Shown in pieces: positions 1 to 15,000 of a stretch of DNA of 64,000 nucleotides. The notes beneath the pieces were generated by a model. The model saw only the letters and a program-made list of their open reading frames with translations, had not been told where the DNA came from and searched no databases. Made by a program: the position numbers and the translations under genes. Positions within the stretch are counted from its first letter, which is position 1, and the number at the start of each line of letters is the position of its first letter. Source of the DNA: Octopus bimaculoides (Eukaryota); assembly GCF_001194135.2 (NCBI RefSeq), contig NC_069001.1, positions 3,784,527-3,848,526 of the forward strand, given 5' to 3'.

Positions 1-3000
1 ACGGACCAATGAACGAACTATCGAACAAAGAAAAGAAAGAACGATTGAAGGAACGAAAGTATGTACGTAGGTACGAACGTATGTAAGTACGTACGTACGA
101 TCGATTGAACGAATGTACGTACGGACGAGCGGACGAAAGAATAAACGAACGAAAGCATCTACGTACCTCCGTACGTACGAAAGAGCGAATGAACGTATGT
201 ACGAACGAACGAAATGAAGGAGCAACCGAACGTACGTACGAACGAACAAATGTACGAACGAACTAACGAATGAAATTACGTACGTACGTAAGTTCGAAAG
301 AACGAAATATCGTACGAACGAACGCAAGAGCGACTGTAAGAACGTACATTCGTACGAATGAAATAACGAACGAACGTACGTACATACGTATCTGCGAACG
401 AACGAAGGAAAGAACTAGCTAACGAACGAATGTACTTTCATACAAACGTACGTACGATTGAAGGAACGAACGAATGTAAGTATGTACGTAGGTACGAACG
501 AACAAACGAGGAAACGAACGTACGTACGAAAGAACGGACGATCGAACGAAAGAAACGAAGGAGCAAGCGAACGTACGTACGAACGAACGAACTAACGAAT
601 AAACTCACGTATGTACTTACGTATTTACGATCAAACGAACGAACGAATGTACTTAAGTACGTACAAATGAACGAACGAACAAACGCAAGTGCAACCGTAG
701 GAGCGTACGTTCGTACAAATGAAATAACGAACGAACGACCGAACGGACAAACGAACGAACGTACGTAAGAAGGAACGTACGGACGGACGAACGAACGAAA
801 GATCGAAACGAATAAACGTACGTAGATACCTACGAACGAACGAGGAAACGTACGTACGTACGAAAGAACGAACGATCGAACGTATGTACGAACGAAGGAG
901 CAAGCGAACGTACGTACTAACGAATAAACTCACGTACGTATTACGTATTTACCATCAAACGAACGAACGAATGTACTTAAATACGTACGAACGAACGAAC
1001 GCAAGTGCGACCGTAGGAGCGTACGTTCGTACGAATGAAATAACGAACGAACGTACAGACATACATACGTACGTACGAACGGACAAACGAACGTACGTAC
1101 GTCCGAACGGACGGACGGACGAACGAACGCACAAACGAAAGATCGAAACGAACAAACGTATGTAGGTACCTACGGACGTACGAAGGAACGAACTAACGAA
1201 CGTACGAAGGAACGAACTAACGAACGTACGAAGGAACGAACGTACGTACAAACGAAAGAAGGAACGTACGGACGGACGAACGAACGCACGAACGAAAGAT
1301 CGAAACGAATAAACGTACGTAGATACCTACGAACGTACGTACGAATGCACAAAGGAACAAACGAACGATCCAACGAACGAACGTAAGCACGTACGTACGT
1401 ACGTACAAACGAACCAACGTACATAAGTACGTATGTACGTTTGAAAGAACAAACATACGTACATACGTAAGTAAGATCGACCGAACGAACGAATGAAACT
1501 ACGTACGTATGTACGTTCGAACGAACGAAATATCGTACGTACGTAATTACGTATTTACGATCGAACGAACGAACCAACGTACGTATGTAAGTACGTACGA
1601 AAGAAAGAACGAGCGATCGAACGAACGAACGCAACAGCGACCGTAGGAACGTACGTTCGTACGAATGAAATAACGTACGTACGTACGAACGGACGGACAA
1701 ACGCACGAACGTACGTACGAACAAAAAAATGAACGTACGAACGTAGAAACGTACGTACGAATGAACGAACGAACAAAAGAACGAACGTACGTACGTACGT
1801 ACGTACGAACGGACCAATGAACGAACGATCGAACTAACCAAAGAAAGAACGATTGAAGGAACGAACGAATGTAAGTATGTACGTAGGTACGAACGAACGA
1901 ACGAACACACGAGGAAACGAACGTACGTAAGTACATAGGTACGAAACGATCGCACAAATGAAAGAACGTACGTGCGTACGGACGGACGGAGGGACGAAAG
2001 AAAGCATCTACGTACCTCCGTACGTGCGAATGAACGTATGTACGAACAAACGATAGTAAGTACGTACGTACGAACGAACAAAGTAAACAACGAACGAAAT
2101 GAAAGAGCAAGCGAAAGTACGAACAAACGTACGTACGAACGAACGAACGAACTAACGAATGAACTTACGTACGTACGTATGTACGTACGAACGAACAAGA
2201 TATCGTAGTACGTAATTACATATTTACGATCGAACGAAAGTACGTACGTAAGTACGTACGAACGAACGAACGAGTGATCGAACGAACGAAAGCAAGAGCG
2301 ACCGTAGGTACGTACGTTCGTACGAATGAAATAACGAACGAAAGCACGGACGGACGAACGAACGTACGTACGTAAGCACGAACGAACGCTCGACCGAACG
2401 TATGAACGTACGTACGTACCTACAGACGTACGTACGAACGTACGTACGTACGAATGCACAAAAGAACAGACGAACGATCCAACGAACGAACGTACGTACG
2501 TCCACACGTATTTAAGTACGTACGTACGAATGAACGAACGAAAGAACGAACGTACGTACTTTCGTACGAACGAAAGAACGAACGAAGGATCCAACGAACG
2601 AACGAACGTACATACGTACGTACGAACGGACCAATGAACGAACGATTGAACAAACAAAAGAAAGAACGATTGAAGGAACGAACGAACGAGGAAACGAATG
2701 AACGAACGAACGTACGTACGGACGGAGGAAAGAATAAACGAACGGAAGCATCTACGTACCTCCGTACGTACGAACGAACGAACGAGCGAATGAACGTATG
2801 TACGAACGAACAACAGTACGTGCGTACGTACGAAAGAACGAAGTAATGAACGAACGAATTAACGAACGAACGAAATGAAGGAGCAAGCGAACGTACAAGC
2901 GAACGAACGAACGTACTTACGTACGTACGTATGTACGTACGAACGAACGAAATATCGTACGTACGTAATTACGTATTTACGAACGAACGAGCGATCGAAC

Positions 3001-6000
3001 AAACGAACGCAAGAGCGACCGTAGGAACGTACGTTCATACGAATAAAATAACGGACGAACGCACGTACGTACGAACGACCGAACGGACGGACGAACGAAC
3101 GGACGGACGAACGAACGTACGTACGTAGGTACGTACGTACGTACCTACGAAGGAACGAACTAACTAACGAATGTACGTACGTACGAATGCACAAGAGAAC
3201 AAACGAACGAAAGCATCTACGTACCTCCGTACGTACGAACGAACGATAGTACGTAAGTACGTAACGAACGAACGAAATGAAGGAGCAAGCGAACGTACGA
3301 ACTAACGTACGTACGAACGAACGAATGTACGAATGAACTTACGTACGTACGTATGTATGTACGTACGAACGAACGAAATATCGTACGTACGTAATTACGT
3401 CTTTACGATCGAACGAACGAAGGAAAGTACGTACGTAAGTACGTAGGAACGTACGAACAAGCGATCGAACGAACGCAAGAGCGACCGTAGAAACGTACTT
3501 TGGTACGAATGAAATAATAAACGAACGTACGTACATACGTAAGAACGGAACAATGAACGAACGATCGAACAAACAAAAGAAAGAACGATTAAAGGAACGA
3601 ACGGATGTAAGTACGAACGTACGTAAGTACGAAAGAACGAACGATCGAACGAACGATGGTACGTGCGTACGTACGTTCGTACGGACGGACGGACGAAAGA
3701 ATAAACGAACGAAAGCATCTACGTACCTCCGTACGTACGAACGAACGATAGTACGTAAGTACTACGAACGAACGAACAAAATGAAGGAGCAAGCGAACGT
3801 ACGTACGTATGTACGTACGAACGAACGAAATATCGTACGTACGTAATTACGTATTTACGATCGAACGAACGAACGAAAGTATGTACCTAATTACGTACGA
3901 ACGAACGAACGAGCGATCGAACGAATGCAAGAGCGACCGTAGAAACTTACTTTCGTACGAACGAAAGAACGAACGTATGTACGTAAGCACGAACGAACGT
4001 AGGAACGTACGTACATACCAACGAACGTACGAAGGAAGGAACTAACGAACGAACATACGTACGAATGCACAAAAGAACAAAGGAACGGTCCAACGAACGA
4101 ACGTACGTACGTACGCACGTAGTACAAACGAACCACGTATATACGTACGTACGTACGTACGAAAGAACGAACGATCGAACGCAAGAGCGACCGTAGGAAC
4201 GTACGTTCGTACGAATGAAATAACGAACGAACGAACGTACATACGTACGTACGAACGAAAGAACGAACGCATGAACGAACGATCGAACGAACGAACGTAG
4301 GAACGTACGTACATACGAACGTACGAACGAAGGAAATAACGGACGAACGTACGTACGTACGAATCACAAAAGAACAAACGAACGATCCAACGAACGTACG
4401 TACGTACAAACGAACCAACGTATATACGTACGTACGTAAGTATGAACGAACGTACATACATAAATACGAACGAATGAACGAACATACTTTCGTACGAACG
4501 AAGGATCGAATGTACGTACGTACGTACGAATGAACGAACGATCCAACGTACGAACGAAAGAATGAACAAACGACGAACGGACGAACGGACCAATGAACGA
4601 ACGATCTAAGAAACAAAAGAAAGAACGATTGAACGAACGAACGCATGTAAGTATGTACGTAGGTACGAACGAACGTACGGACGAACAAACGAGGAAACGA
4701 ACGTACGTACGAAAGAACGAACGATCGAACGCAAGAGCGACCGTAGGAACGTACGTTCGTACGAATGAAATAACGAACGAAAGTACGTACATAGGTACGT
4801 ACGAACAACCGAACGGACAAACGAACGTACGTACGTACAAACGAAAGAAAGAACGTACGTACGTACGAACAAACCAACGTATATAAGTACGTACGTACGA
4901 ATGATCGAACGACCGAACGAATGAATGTACTTTCGTACGAACAAAAGAACGAACGTAAGTACGAATGAACGAACGATCCAACGAACGAACGAATGACGAA
5001 CGAACGAACGGACCAATGAACGAACGATCGAACAAACAAAAGAAAGAACGATTGAAGGAACGAACGAATGTAAGTATGTACGTAGGTACGGACGAATGAA
5101 CGAACGAACAAACGAGGAGACGAACGTACGTACGAAAGAACGAACGATCGAACGTATGTACGAAAGAAAGAAACGAAGGAGCAAGCGAACGTACGTACGA
5201 ACGAACGAACTAACGAATAAACTCACGCATGTACGTACGAACGAACGAAATATCGTACGTACGTATTACGTATTTACGATCAAACGAACGAACGAATGTA
5301 CTTAGGTACGTACGAATGAACGAACGAGCGATCGAACGAACGAACGCAAGTGCGACCGTAGGAGCGTACGTTCGTACGAATGAAATAACGAACGTACGTA
5401 CGAACGACCGAACGGACAAACGAACGAAGGTACGTACAAACGAACGAAGGTACGTACAAACGAAAGAACGAACGTACGTATGTACGTACGAACGACCGAA
5501 CGGACGGACGAACGAACGAACTAACCCACAAACGAAATATCGAAACGAACAAACGTACGTAGGTACCTACGAACGTACGAAGGAACGAAGTAACGAAGGA
5601 ACGAAGTAACGAATGAACGTACGAAGTAACGAACGTACGTACGTACGTACGAATGCACAAAGAACAAACGAACGATCCAACGAACGAACGTAAGCACGTA
5701 CGTACGTATGCACAAACGAACCAACGTACATACGTACGTGTGTACATATGAAGGAACGAACGAAAGAACGAACGTACGTACATACGTAAGTAAGATCGAC
5801 CGACCGAACGAACGAATGAAACTACGAACGTACGTATGTACGTTCGAACGAACGAAATATCGTACGTACGTAATTACGTATTTACAATCGATCGAACAAA
5901 CGAGCGACCGAACGAACGTACGTACGTACCTACGAACGTACGAAAGAACGAACTAACGAACGAACGTACGTACGTACGTACGAATGCACAAAAGAACAAA

Positions 6001-9000
6001 CGAACGATCCAACGAACGAACGAGAGTACGTACGTAGGTACGAACGAACGAAGAAAATGAAGGAGCAAGCGAACGTACAAATGAACGAACGTACGAAGGA
6101 AATAACGAATGAACTTATGTATGTACGTACGAACGAACGAAATAGCGTACGTACGAACGAACGAAATATCGTACGTACGTAATTACGTATTTACGATCGA
6201 ACGAACGAACCAAAGTACATACGTAAGTACGTACGAAAGAAAGAACGAGCGATCGAACGAACGAACGCAACAGCGACCGTAGGAACGTACGTTAGTACGA
6301 ATGAAATAAACTACGTACGAACGGCCGAACGAACGGACGGACAAACGCACGAACGTACGTACGAACAAAAATATGAACGTACGCACGTAAGCACGAACGA
6401 ACGTAGAAACGTACGTACGTACCTACGAACGAACGAACGTACGTACGTACGAATGCACAAAAGAACAAACGAACGATCCAACGAACGAACATACGTATGT
6501 AAGTACGTACGTGCAAACGAACCAACGTATATACGTACGTACGTACGTACGTACGTACGTACGTACGTACGTACGTACGAATGAACGAACGATCCAACGA
6601 AAGAACGAACAAACGACGAACTAACGAACGTACGTACGAACGGACCAATGAACGAACGATCGAACAAACAAGAGACAGAACGATTGAAGGAACGAACGAA
6701 TGTAAGTATGTACGTAGGTACGAACAAACGAGGAAACGAACGTACGTAAGTACATACGTACGAAAGAACGAAACGACCGCACAAATGAAAGAACGTACGT
6801 GCGTACGGACGTACGGACGGCCGAAAGAATAAACGAAAGAAAGGATCTACGTACCTCCGTACGTACGAACGAGCGAATGAACGTATGTACGAACGAACGA
6901 TAGTAAGTACGTACGTACGAACGAACAAAGTAAACAACGAACGAAATGAAAGAGCAAGCGAACGTACGTGCGAACGAAAGAACGCACGAACGAACTAATG
7001 AATGAACTTACGTACGTACGTATGTACGTACGAACGAACGAGATATCGTAGTACGTACGTAAGAACGTACGAACGAACGAACGAGTGATCGTACGAACGA
7101 ACGAGATATCGTAGTAAGAACGTACGAACGAACGAACGAGTGATCGAACGAACGAAAGCAAGAGCGACCGTAGGAACGTACGTTCGTACGAATGAAATAA
7201 CGAACGATCGCACGTCCATACGTACGTACGAACGACCGAACGGACGGAAGGACAAACGAACGAAAGAACGAACGTACGTACGTAAGCACGAACGAACGCT
7301 CGAACGAACCTACGTACCTACGAACGTACGAACGAACGTACGTACGTACGAATGCACAAAAGAACAAACGAACGTCTGCACGTACAAACGAACCAACGAA
7401 TATACGTACGTACGTACGTATGTATGTACGAATGAACGAACGAAAGAACGAACGTACGTACATACGTAAGTACCTACAACCGAACGAACGAACGTACCAC
7501 GTAAGCACGAACGAACAAACGAACGTAGTAACGTACGTACGCACCTACGAACGAACGAAGGAACGAACGTACGTACGTAAACACGAACGAACGCACGAAA
7601 GAACGATCGAACGAACGAACGTAGTAACGTACGTACGCACCTACGAACGAACGAAGGATCCAACGAACGAACGAAAGAACGAACGAACGACGAACGACGA
7701 AAGTACATACGTACGTACGATCGGACCAATGAACGAACGATTGAACAAACAAAAGAAAGAACGATTGAAGGAACGCACGAACGAACAAACGAGGAAGCGA
7801 ACGTACGTAAGTATGTACGTACGAAAGACGAACGATCGAATGAACGAACGAGCGTACGTACGGACGGACGGATGGACGGACGAAAGAATAAACGAACGAA
7901 AGCATCTATGTACCTCCGTACGTACGAACGAAGGAGCGAATGAACGTATGTGCGAACGAACAACAGTACGTACGTACGGACGAACGAACGAAGTAACGAA
8001 CGAACGAAATGAAGGAGGAAGCGAACGTACAAACGAACGTACGTACGTACGTATGTACGTACGAACGAACAAAATATCGTACGTACGTAATTACGTATTT
8101 ACGATCGAACTAACGAACGAGCGATCGAAGAAACGAACGCAAGAGCGACCGTAGGAACGTACATTCATACGAATAAAATAACGAACGAACGCACGTACAT
8201 ACGTACGGACGAACGAACGAACGTACGTACGAACGAAAGGACGAACGTACGTTCGTGAGCACGAACGAACGCATGAACAAACGCACGAACGAACGATCGA
8301 ACGAACGAACGTAGGTACGTACGTACGTACCTACGAACGAACGAAGGAACGTACGAATGTACGTACGTACGAACGGACCAATGAACGAACGATCGAACAA
8401 ACAAAAGAAAGAACGATTAAAGGATCGAACGGATGTAAGTACGAACGAAAGAACAAACGAACGTACGAAAGATCGAACGAACGATCGTACGTGGGTACGT
8501 ACGGACGGACGGACGAAAGAATAAACGAACGAAAGCATCTACGTACCTCCGTACGTGCGAACGAACGATAGTACGTAAGTACGTACGAACGAACGAACGA
8601 AATGAAGGAGCAAGCGAACGTACGAACAAACGTACGTACGAACGAACGAACTAACGAATGAACTTACGTATGTACGTACGAACGGACGAAATATCGTACG
8701 TACGTAATTACGTATTTACGATTGAACGAACGAAAGTACGTACCTAATTACGTACGAACGAACGAACGAGTGATCGAACGAACGAAAGAGCGACCGTAGA
8801 AACGTACTTTGGAACGAATGAAATATAGAAAGAACGTACGTACGTACGTACGAACGACAGAAAGGACAGACGGAGGAACGAACAAACGTACGTACAAACA
8901 AAAGAACGAACGTATGTACGTAAGCACGATCGAACGCACGAATCAACGAACGTAGGGACATACATACGTACCAACGAACGTACGAAGGAAGGAACTAACG

Positions 9001-12000
9001 AACGAACGTACGTACGATTGCACAAAAGAACAAAGGAACGATCCAACGAACGAACGTGCGTACGTACGCTCGTACGTACAAACAAACCACGTACATATGT
9101 ATGTACGAATGAACGAACGAAAGAACGAACGTACGTACATACGTAAGTACGAACGAACGTACTTTCGTACGAATGAACGTACGTACGAACGAACGAACAA
9201 ACAAGGAAACGAACGTATGTAAGTACGTACGTACGTACGAAAGATCGAACGATCGAACGCAAGAGCGACCGTAGGAACGTACGTTCGTACGAATGAAATA
9301 ACGAACGAACGTACGTACGAACGACCGAACGGACGGACGGACGAACGAACAAAGGTACGTACGAACGAGAAGAACGAACGCATTAACGAACGATCGAACG
9401 AAAGAACGTAGGAACGTACGTACCTAAGAACGTACGAACGAACGAAATAACGAACGAACGTACGTACGTACGAATCACAAAAGAACAAACGAACGATCCA
9501 ACGAACGAACGTACGTACTTGCGTACGTACGTACAAACGAACCAACGTATATACGTACGAACGTACGAATGAACGTTGGTACATACGTAAGTACGAACGA
9601 ATGAACGAACGTACTTTCGTACGAACGAAGGAACGAACGTACGTACGTACGTACGTACGAACGATCCAACGTACGAAGGAAAGAACGAACAAACGACGAA
9701 CGTACCAATGAACGAACGATCGAAGAAACAAAAGAAAGAACGATTGAAAGAACGAACCTACGGACGAACAAACGAAGAAACGAACGTACGTAAGGAAGGA
9801 AGGACTGAAGGAACGAACGAATGTAAGTGTGTACGTGGGTACGAACGAAAGAACGAACGAACGAGGAAACGAACGCACGTAAGTACGTACGTACGAAAGT
9901 ACGCAGGGACGTGCGTGCGTACGTACGGACGGACGAAAGAATAAACGAACGAAAGCATCTACGTATCTCCGTACGTACGAACGAACGAGCGAACGTACGT
10001 ACGAACGAAATGAAGGAGCAAGCGAACGTAAGAACGTACGTACGTACGAACGAACAAACGTACAAACGAACTAACGAATGAAAACAATATCGAACGTACA
10101 AAATATCGTACGCACGTAATTACGTATTTACGACGGAAGGAACGTACGTTCGTATGAATGAAATAATGAACGAATGTACGTACGTATGTATGTACGAATG
10201 AACGAACGAAAGAACGAACGTACATACGTAAGTACGAACGAACGAACGTACTTTCGTACGAACGAACGATCGAACGCAAGAGCGACCGTAGGAACGTACG
10301 TTCGTTCGAATGAAATAAAGAACGAACGTACGTACGAACGAAAGAACGAACGCATGAACGAACGATCGAACGAACGAACGAACGTAGGAACGTATGTACC
10401 TACGAACGAAAGAAATAACGAACAAACGTAAGTACGTACGAATCACAAAACGAACGATCCAACGAACGAACGTACGTCCGTACTTGCGTACGTACGTACA
10501 AACAAACCAACGTATATACGTACGTACGTACGAATGAACGTACGTACATACGTAAGTACGAACGAATGAACGAACGTTCTTTCGTACGAACGAAGGAACG
10601 AACGTACGTACGTACGAATGAACGAACGATTCAACGTACGAAGGAAAGAACGAACAAATGACGAACGTACGAACGGACCAATGAACGAACGATCGAAGAA
10701 ACAAAAGAAAGAACGATTGAAAGAACGAACGTACGGACGAACAAACGAGGAAACGAACGTACGTAAGTACGTTCGTACGAACGATCGAACGCAAGAGCAA
10801 CCATAGGAACGTACGTTCGTACGAATGAACTAACGAACAAACGTACGTACATACGTACGTACGAACGACCGAACGGACGGCTGGATGAACGAACAAATGT
10901 ACGTACGTATGAACGATCGAACGAACGAACGAACGAACGAACGAACGTAGGAACGTACGTACGTACCTACGAGCGTACGTAAGTACCTATGAACGTACGT
11001 ACGTAACAACGTACGTAACAACGTACGTACGTACGAACGAAAGAACGAACGTACGTACGTAGGCACGAACGAACGCTCGAACGAACGTACGTACCTACGA
11101 ACGTACGAACGAACGATCCAACGAACGAACGTACGTACGTCCGCACGTACAAACGAACCAACGAATATACGTACGTACGTATATATGTATGAATGAACGA
11201 ACGAAAGAACGAACGTACGTACATACGTAATTACGTACAACCGAACGAACGAACGAACGAAAGAACGTACGTACGTACGTAAGCACGAACGAACGCACGA
11301 ACGAACGTAGTAACGTACGTACGTACCTACAAACGAACGAAGGAACGAACGAACGTACGAATGCACAAAAGAACAAACGCACGATCCAACGAACGAACGT
11401 ACGTACGTACGCACGTATTTAAGTGCGTACGTACGTATGTACGTACGAATGAACGAACGAAAGAACGAACGTACGTACGAAGGAACGTAAGTACGAACGA
11501 ACTAAGAAACAAGGAAACAAACGAACGTACGTACGTACGTACGAAAGAACGAGCGATCGAACGCAAGAGCGACCGTAGGAACGTACGTTCGTACGAATGA
11601 AATAACGAACGAACGTACGTACGTACGAACGACCGAACCGACGGACGGACGAACGAACAAACGTACTTACGAACGAAAGAACGAACGCATGAACGAACGA
11701 TCGAACGAACGAACGAACGTAGGAACTATGTACCTACGAACGAAAGAAATAACGAACAAACGTACGTACGTACGAATCACAAAAGAACAAACGAACGATC
11801 CAACGAACGAACGTACGAACGACCGAACGAACGAACGAAAGCACTTTCGTACGAACGAAAGAACGTACGTACGTACGTAAGAATGAAAGAACGATCCAAC
11901 GAACGAATGAACGAACAAACGACGAACGAACGTACGTATGAACGAACGATAGAACAAACAAACGAAGGAAGGACTGAAGGAACGAACGAATGTAAGTATG

Positions 12001-15000
12001 TACGAAGGTACGAACGAAAGAACCAAGGAACGAACGAACAAACGAGGAAACGATCGCACGTAAGTACGTACGTACGAAAGTACGAACGAACGTGCGTGCG
12101 TACGTACGGACGGACGAAAGAATAAACGAACGAAAGCATCTACGTACCTCCGTACGTACGAACGAACGAGCGNNNNNNNNNNNNNNNNNNNNNNNNNNNN
12201 NNNNNNNNNNNNNNNNNNNNNNNNNNNNNNNNNNNNNNNNNNNNNNNNNNNNNNNNNNNNNNNNNNNNNNNNNNNNNNNNNNNNNNNNNNNNNNNNNNNN
12301 NNNNNNNNNNNNNNNNNNNNNNNNNNNNNNNNNNNNNNNNNNNNNNNNNNNNNNNNNNNNNNNNNNNNNNNNNNNNNNNNNNNNNNNNNNNNNNNNNNNN
12401 NNNNNNNNNNNNNNNNNNNNNNNNNNNNNNNNNNNNNNNNNNNNNNNNNNNNNNNNNNNNNNNNNNNNNNNNNNNNNNNNNNNNNNNNNNNNNNNNNNNN
12501 NNNNNNNNNNNNNNNNNNNNNNNNNNNNNNNNNNNNNNNNNNNNNNNNNNNNNNNNNNNNNNNNNNNNNNNNNNNNNNNNNNNNNNNNNNNNNNNNNNNN
12601 NNNNNNNNNNNNNNNNNNNNNNNNNNNNNNNNNNNNNNNNNNNNNNNNNNNNNNNNNNNNNNNNNNNNNNNNNNNNNNNNNNNNNNNNNNNNNNNNNNNN
12701 NNNNNNNNNNNNNNGAACGAACAAACGACGAACGAACGTACGTATGAACGAACGATAGAACAAACAAACGAAGGAAGGACTGAAGGAACGAACGAATGTA
12801 AGTATGTACGTAGGTACGAACGAAAGAACGAACGAAGGAACGAACGAACAAACGAGGAAACGAACGCACGTAAGTACGTACGTACGAAAGTACGCAGGGA
12901 CGTGCGTGCGTACGTACAGACGGACGAAAGAATAAACGAACGAAAGCATCTACGTATCTCCGTACGTACGAACGAACGAGCGAACGTACGTACGAACGAA
13001 ATGAAGGAGCAAGCGAACGTGAAAACGAACGTACGTACGAACGAACGAACGTACAAACGAACTAATGAATGAAAACAATATCGTACGTACAAAATATCGT
13101 ACGTAATTACGTATTTACGACCGAAGGAACGTACGTTCGTATGAATGAAATAATGAACGAATGTACGTACATACGTACGTACGAACGAACGCACGAACGA
13201 ACGAACGTACGTACATACGTACAAAAGAACCAACGCATATACGTACGTACGTACGTATGTACGTACGTACGTATGTACGTACGTACTTATGTACGTACGT
13301 GCGTATGTACGTACGTACGTATGTACGTACGTACGTATGTACGTACGAATGAACGAACGAAAGAACGAACGTACGTACATACGTAAGTACGAACGACCGA
13401 ACGAGCGAACGAACGTACGATTGCACAAATGAAGAAAGGAACGATCCAACGAACGAACGTACGTACGTACGTACGTACGTACAAACAAACCACGTATATA
13501 CGTACGTACGTATGTATGTACGAATGAACGAACGAAAGAACGAACGTACGTACTTACGTAATTACGAACGAACGAACGTACTTTCGTACGAACGAACGAC
13601 GAACGAACGTACGTACGAACGAACGAACGAGGAAACGAACGTATGTAAGTACGTACGTACGTACGTACGAAAGAACGAACGATCGAACGCAAGAGCGACC
13701 GTAGGAACGTACGTTCGCACGAATGAAATAACGAACGAACGTACGTACGAACGACCGAACGGACGGACGAACGAACGAACAAACGTACGTACGAACGAAA
13801 AAACGAACGCATGAACGAACGATCGAACGAACGAACGAACGTAGGAACGTACGTACCTACGAACGAACGAAATAACGAACGAACGTACGTACTTGCGTAC
13901 GTACGTACAAATGAACCAACGTATATACGTACGTACGTACGAATGAACGTACGTACATACGTAAGTACGAACGAATGAACGAACGATCGAAGAAACAAAA
14001 GAAAGAACGATTGAAAGAACGAACGGACGGATGAACAAACGAGGAAACGAACGTACGTAAGTACGTACGTACGAAAGAACGAACGATCGAACGCAAGAGC
14101 GACCATAGGAACGTACGTTCGTACGAATGAACTAACGAACGAACGTACGTACATACGTTCGTGCGAACGACCGAACGGACGGGTGGATGAACGAACAAAT
14201 GTACGTACGAACGCATGAACGAACGATCGAACGAACGAACGAACGAACGTAGGAACGTATGTACCTACGAACGAAAGAAATAACGAACAAACGACGAACG
14301 TACGAACGGACCAATGAACGAACGATCGAGGAAACAAAAGAAAGAACGATTGAAAGAACGAACGTACGGACGAACAAACGAGGAAACGAACGTACGTGAG
14401 TACGTACGTACGAAAGAACGAACGATCGATCGCAAGAGCGACCATAGGAACGTACGTTCGTACGAATGAAATAACGAACGAACGTACGTACATACGTACG
14501 TACGAACGACCGAACGGACGGCTGGATGAACGAACAAATGTACGTACGAACGAACGATCGAACGAACGAACGTAGGAACGTACGTACGTACCTCCGAACA
14601 TACGTAAGTACCTATGAACGTACGTACGTACCTACGAACGTACGAACGAACGTACGAACGAACGTACGTACATACGAATGCACAAAAGAACAAACGAACG
14701 ATCCAACGAACCAACGTATATACGTACGTATGTACGTTCGAATGAACGTATGTACATACGTAAGTACGAACGACCGAACGAACGAACGAACGCACTTTCG
14801 TACGAACGAACAAACGACGAACGAACGAATGATAGAACAAACAAATGAAGGAAGGACTGAAGGAACGAACGAATGTAAGTATGTACGAAGGTACGAACGA
14901 AAGAACCAAGGAACGAACGAACAAACGAGGAAACGAACGCACGTAAGTACGTACGTACGAAAGTACGAACGAACGTGCGTGCGTACGTACGGACGGACGA

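Noticed and set aside
11890-13000. Near-identical blocks on both sides of the 12173-12714 gap, read as an 800-bp repeat unit
   Set aside because: Contig ends in repeats are often redundant and the gap length is an estimate, so the spacing is unreliable.
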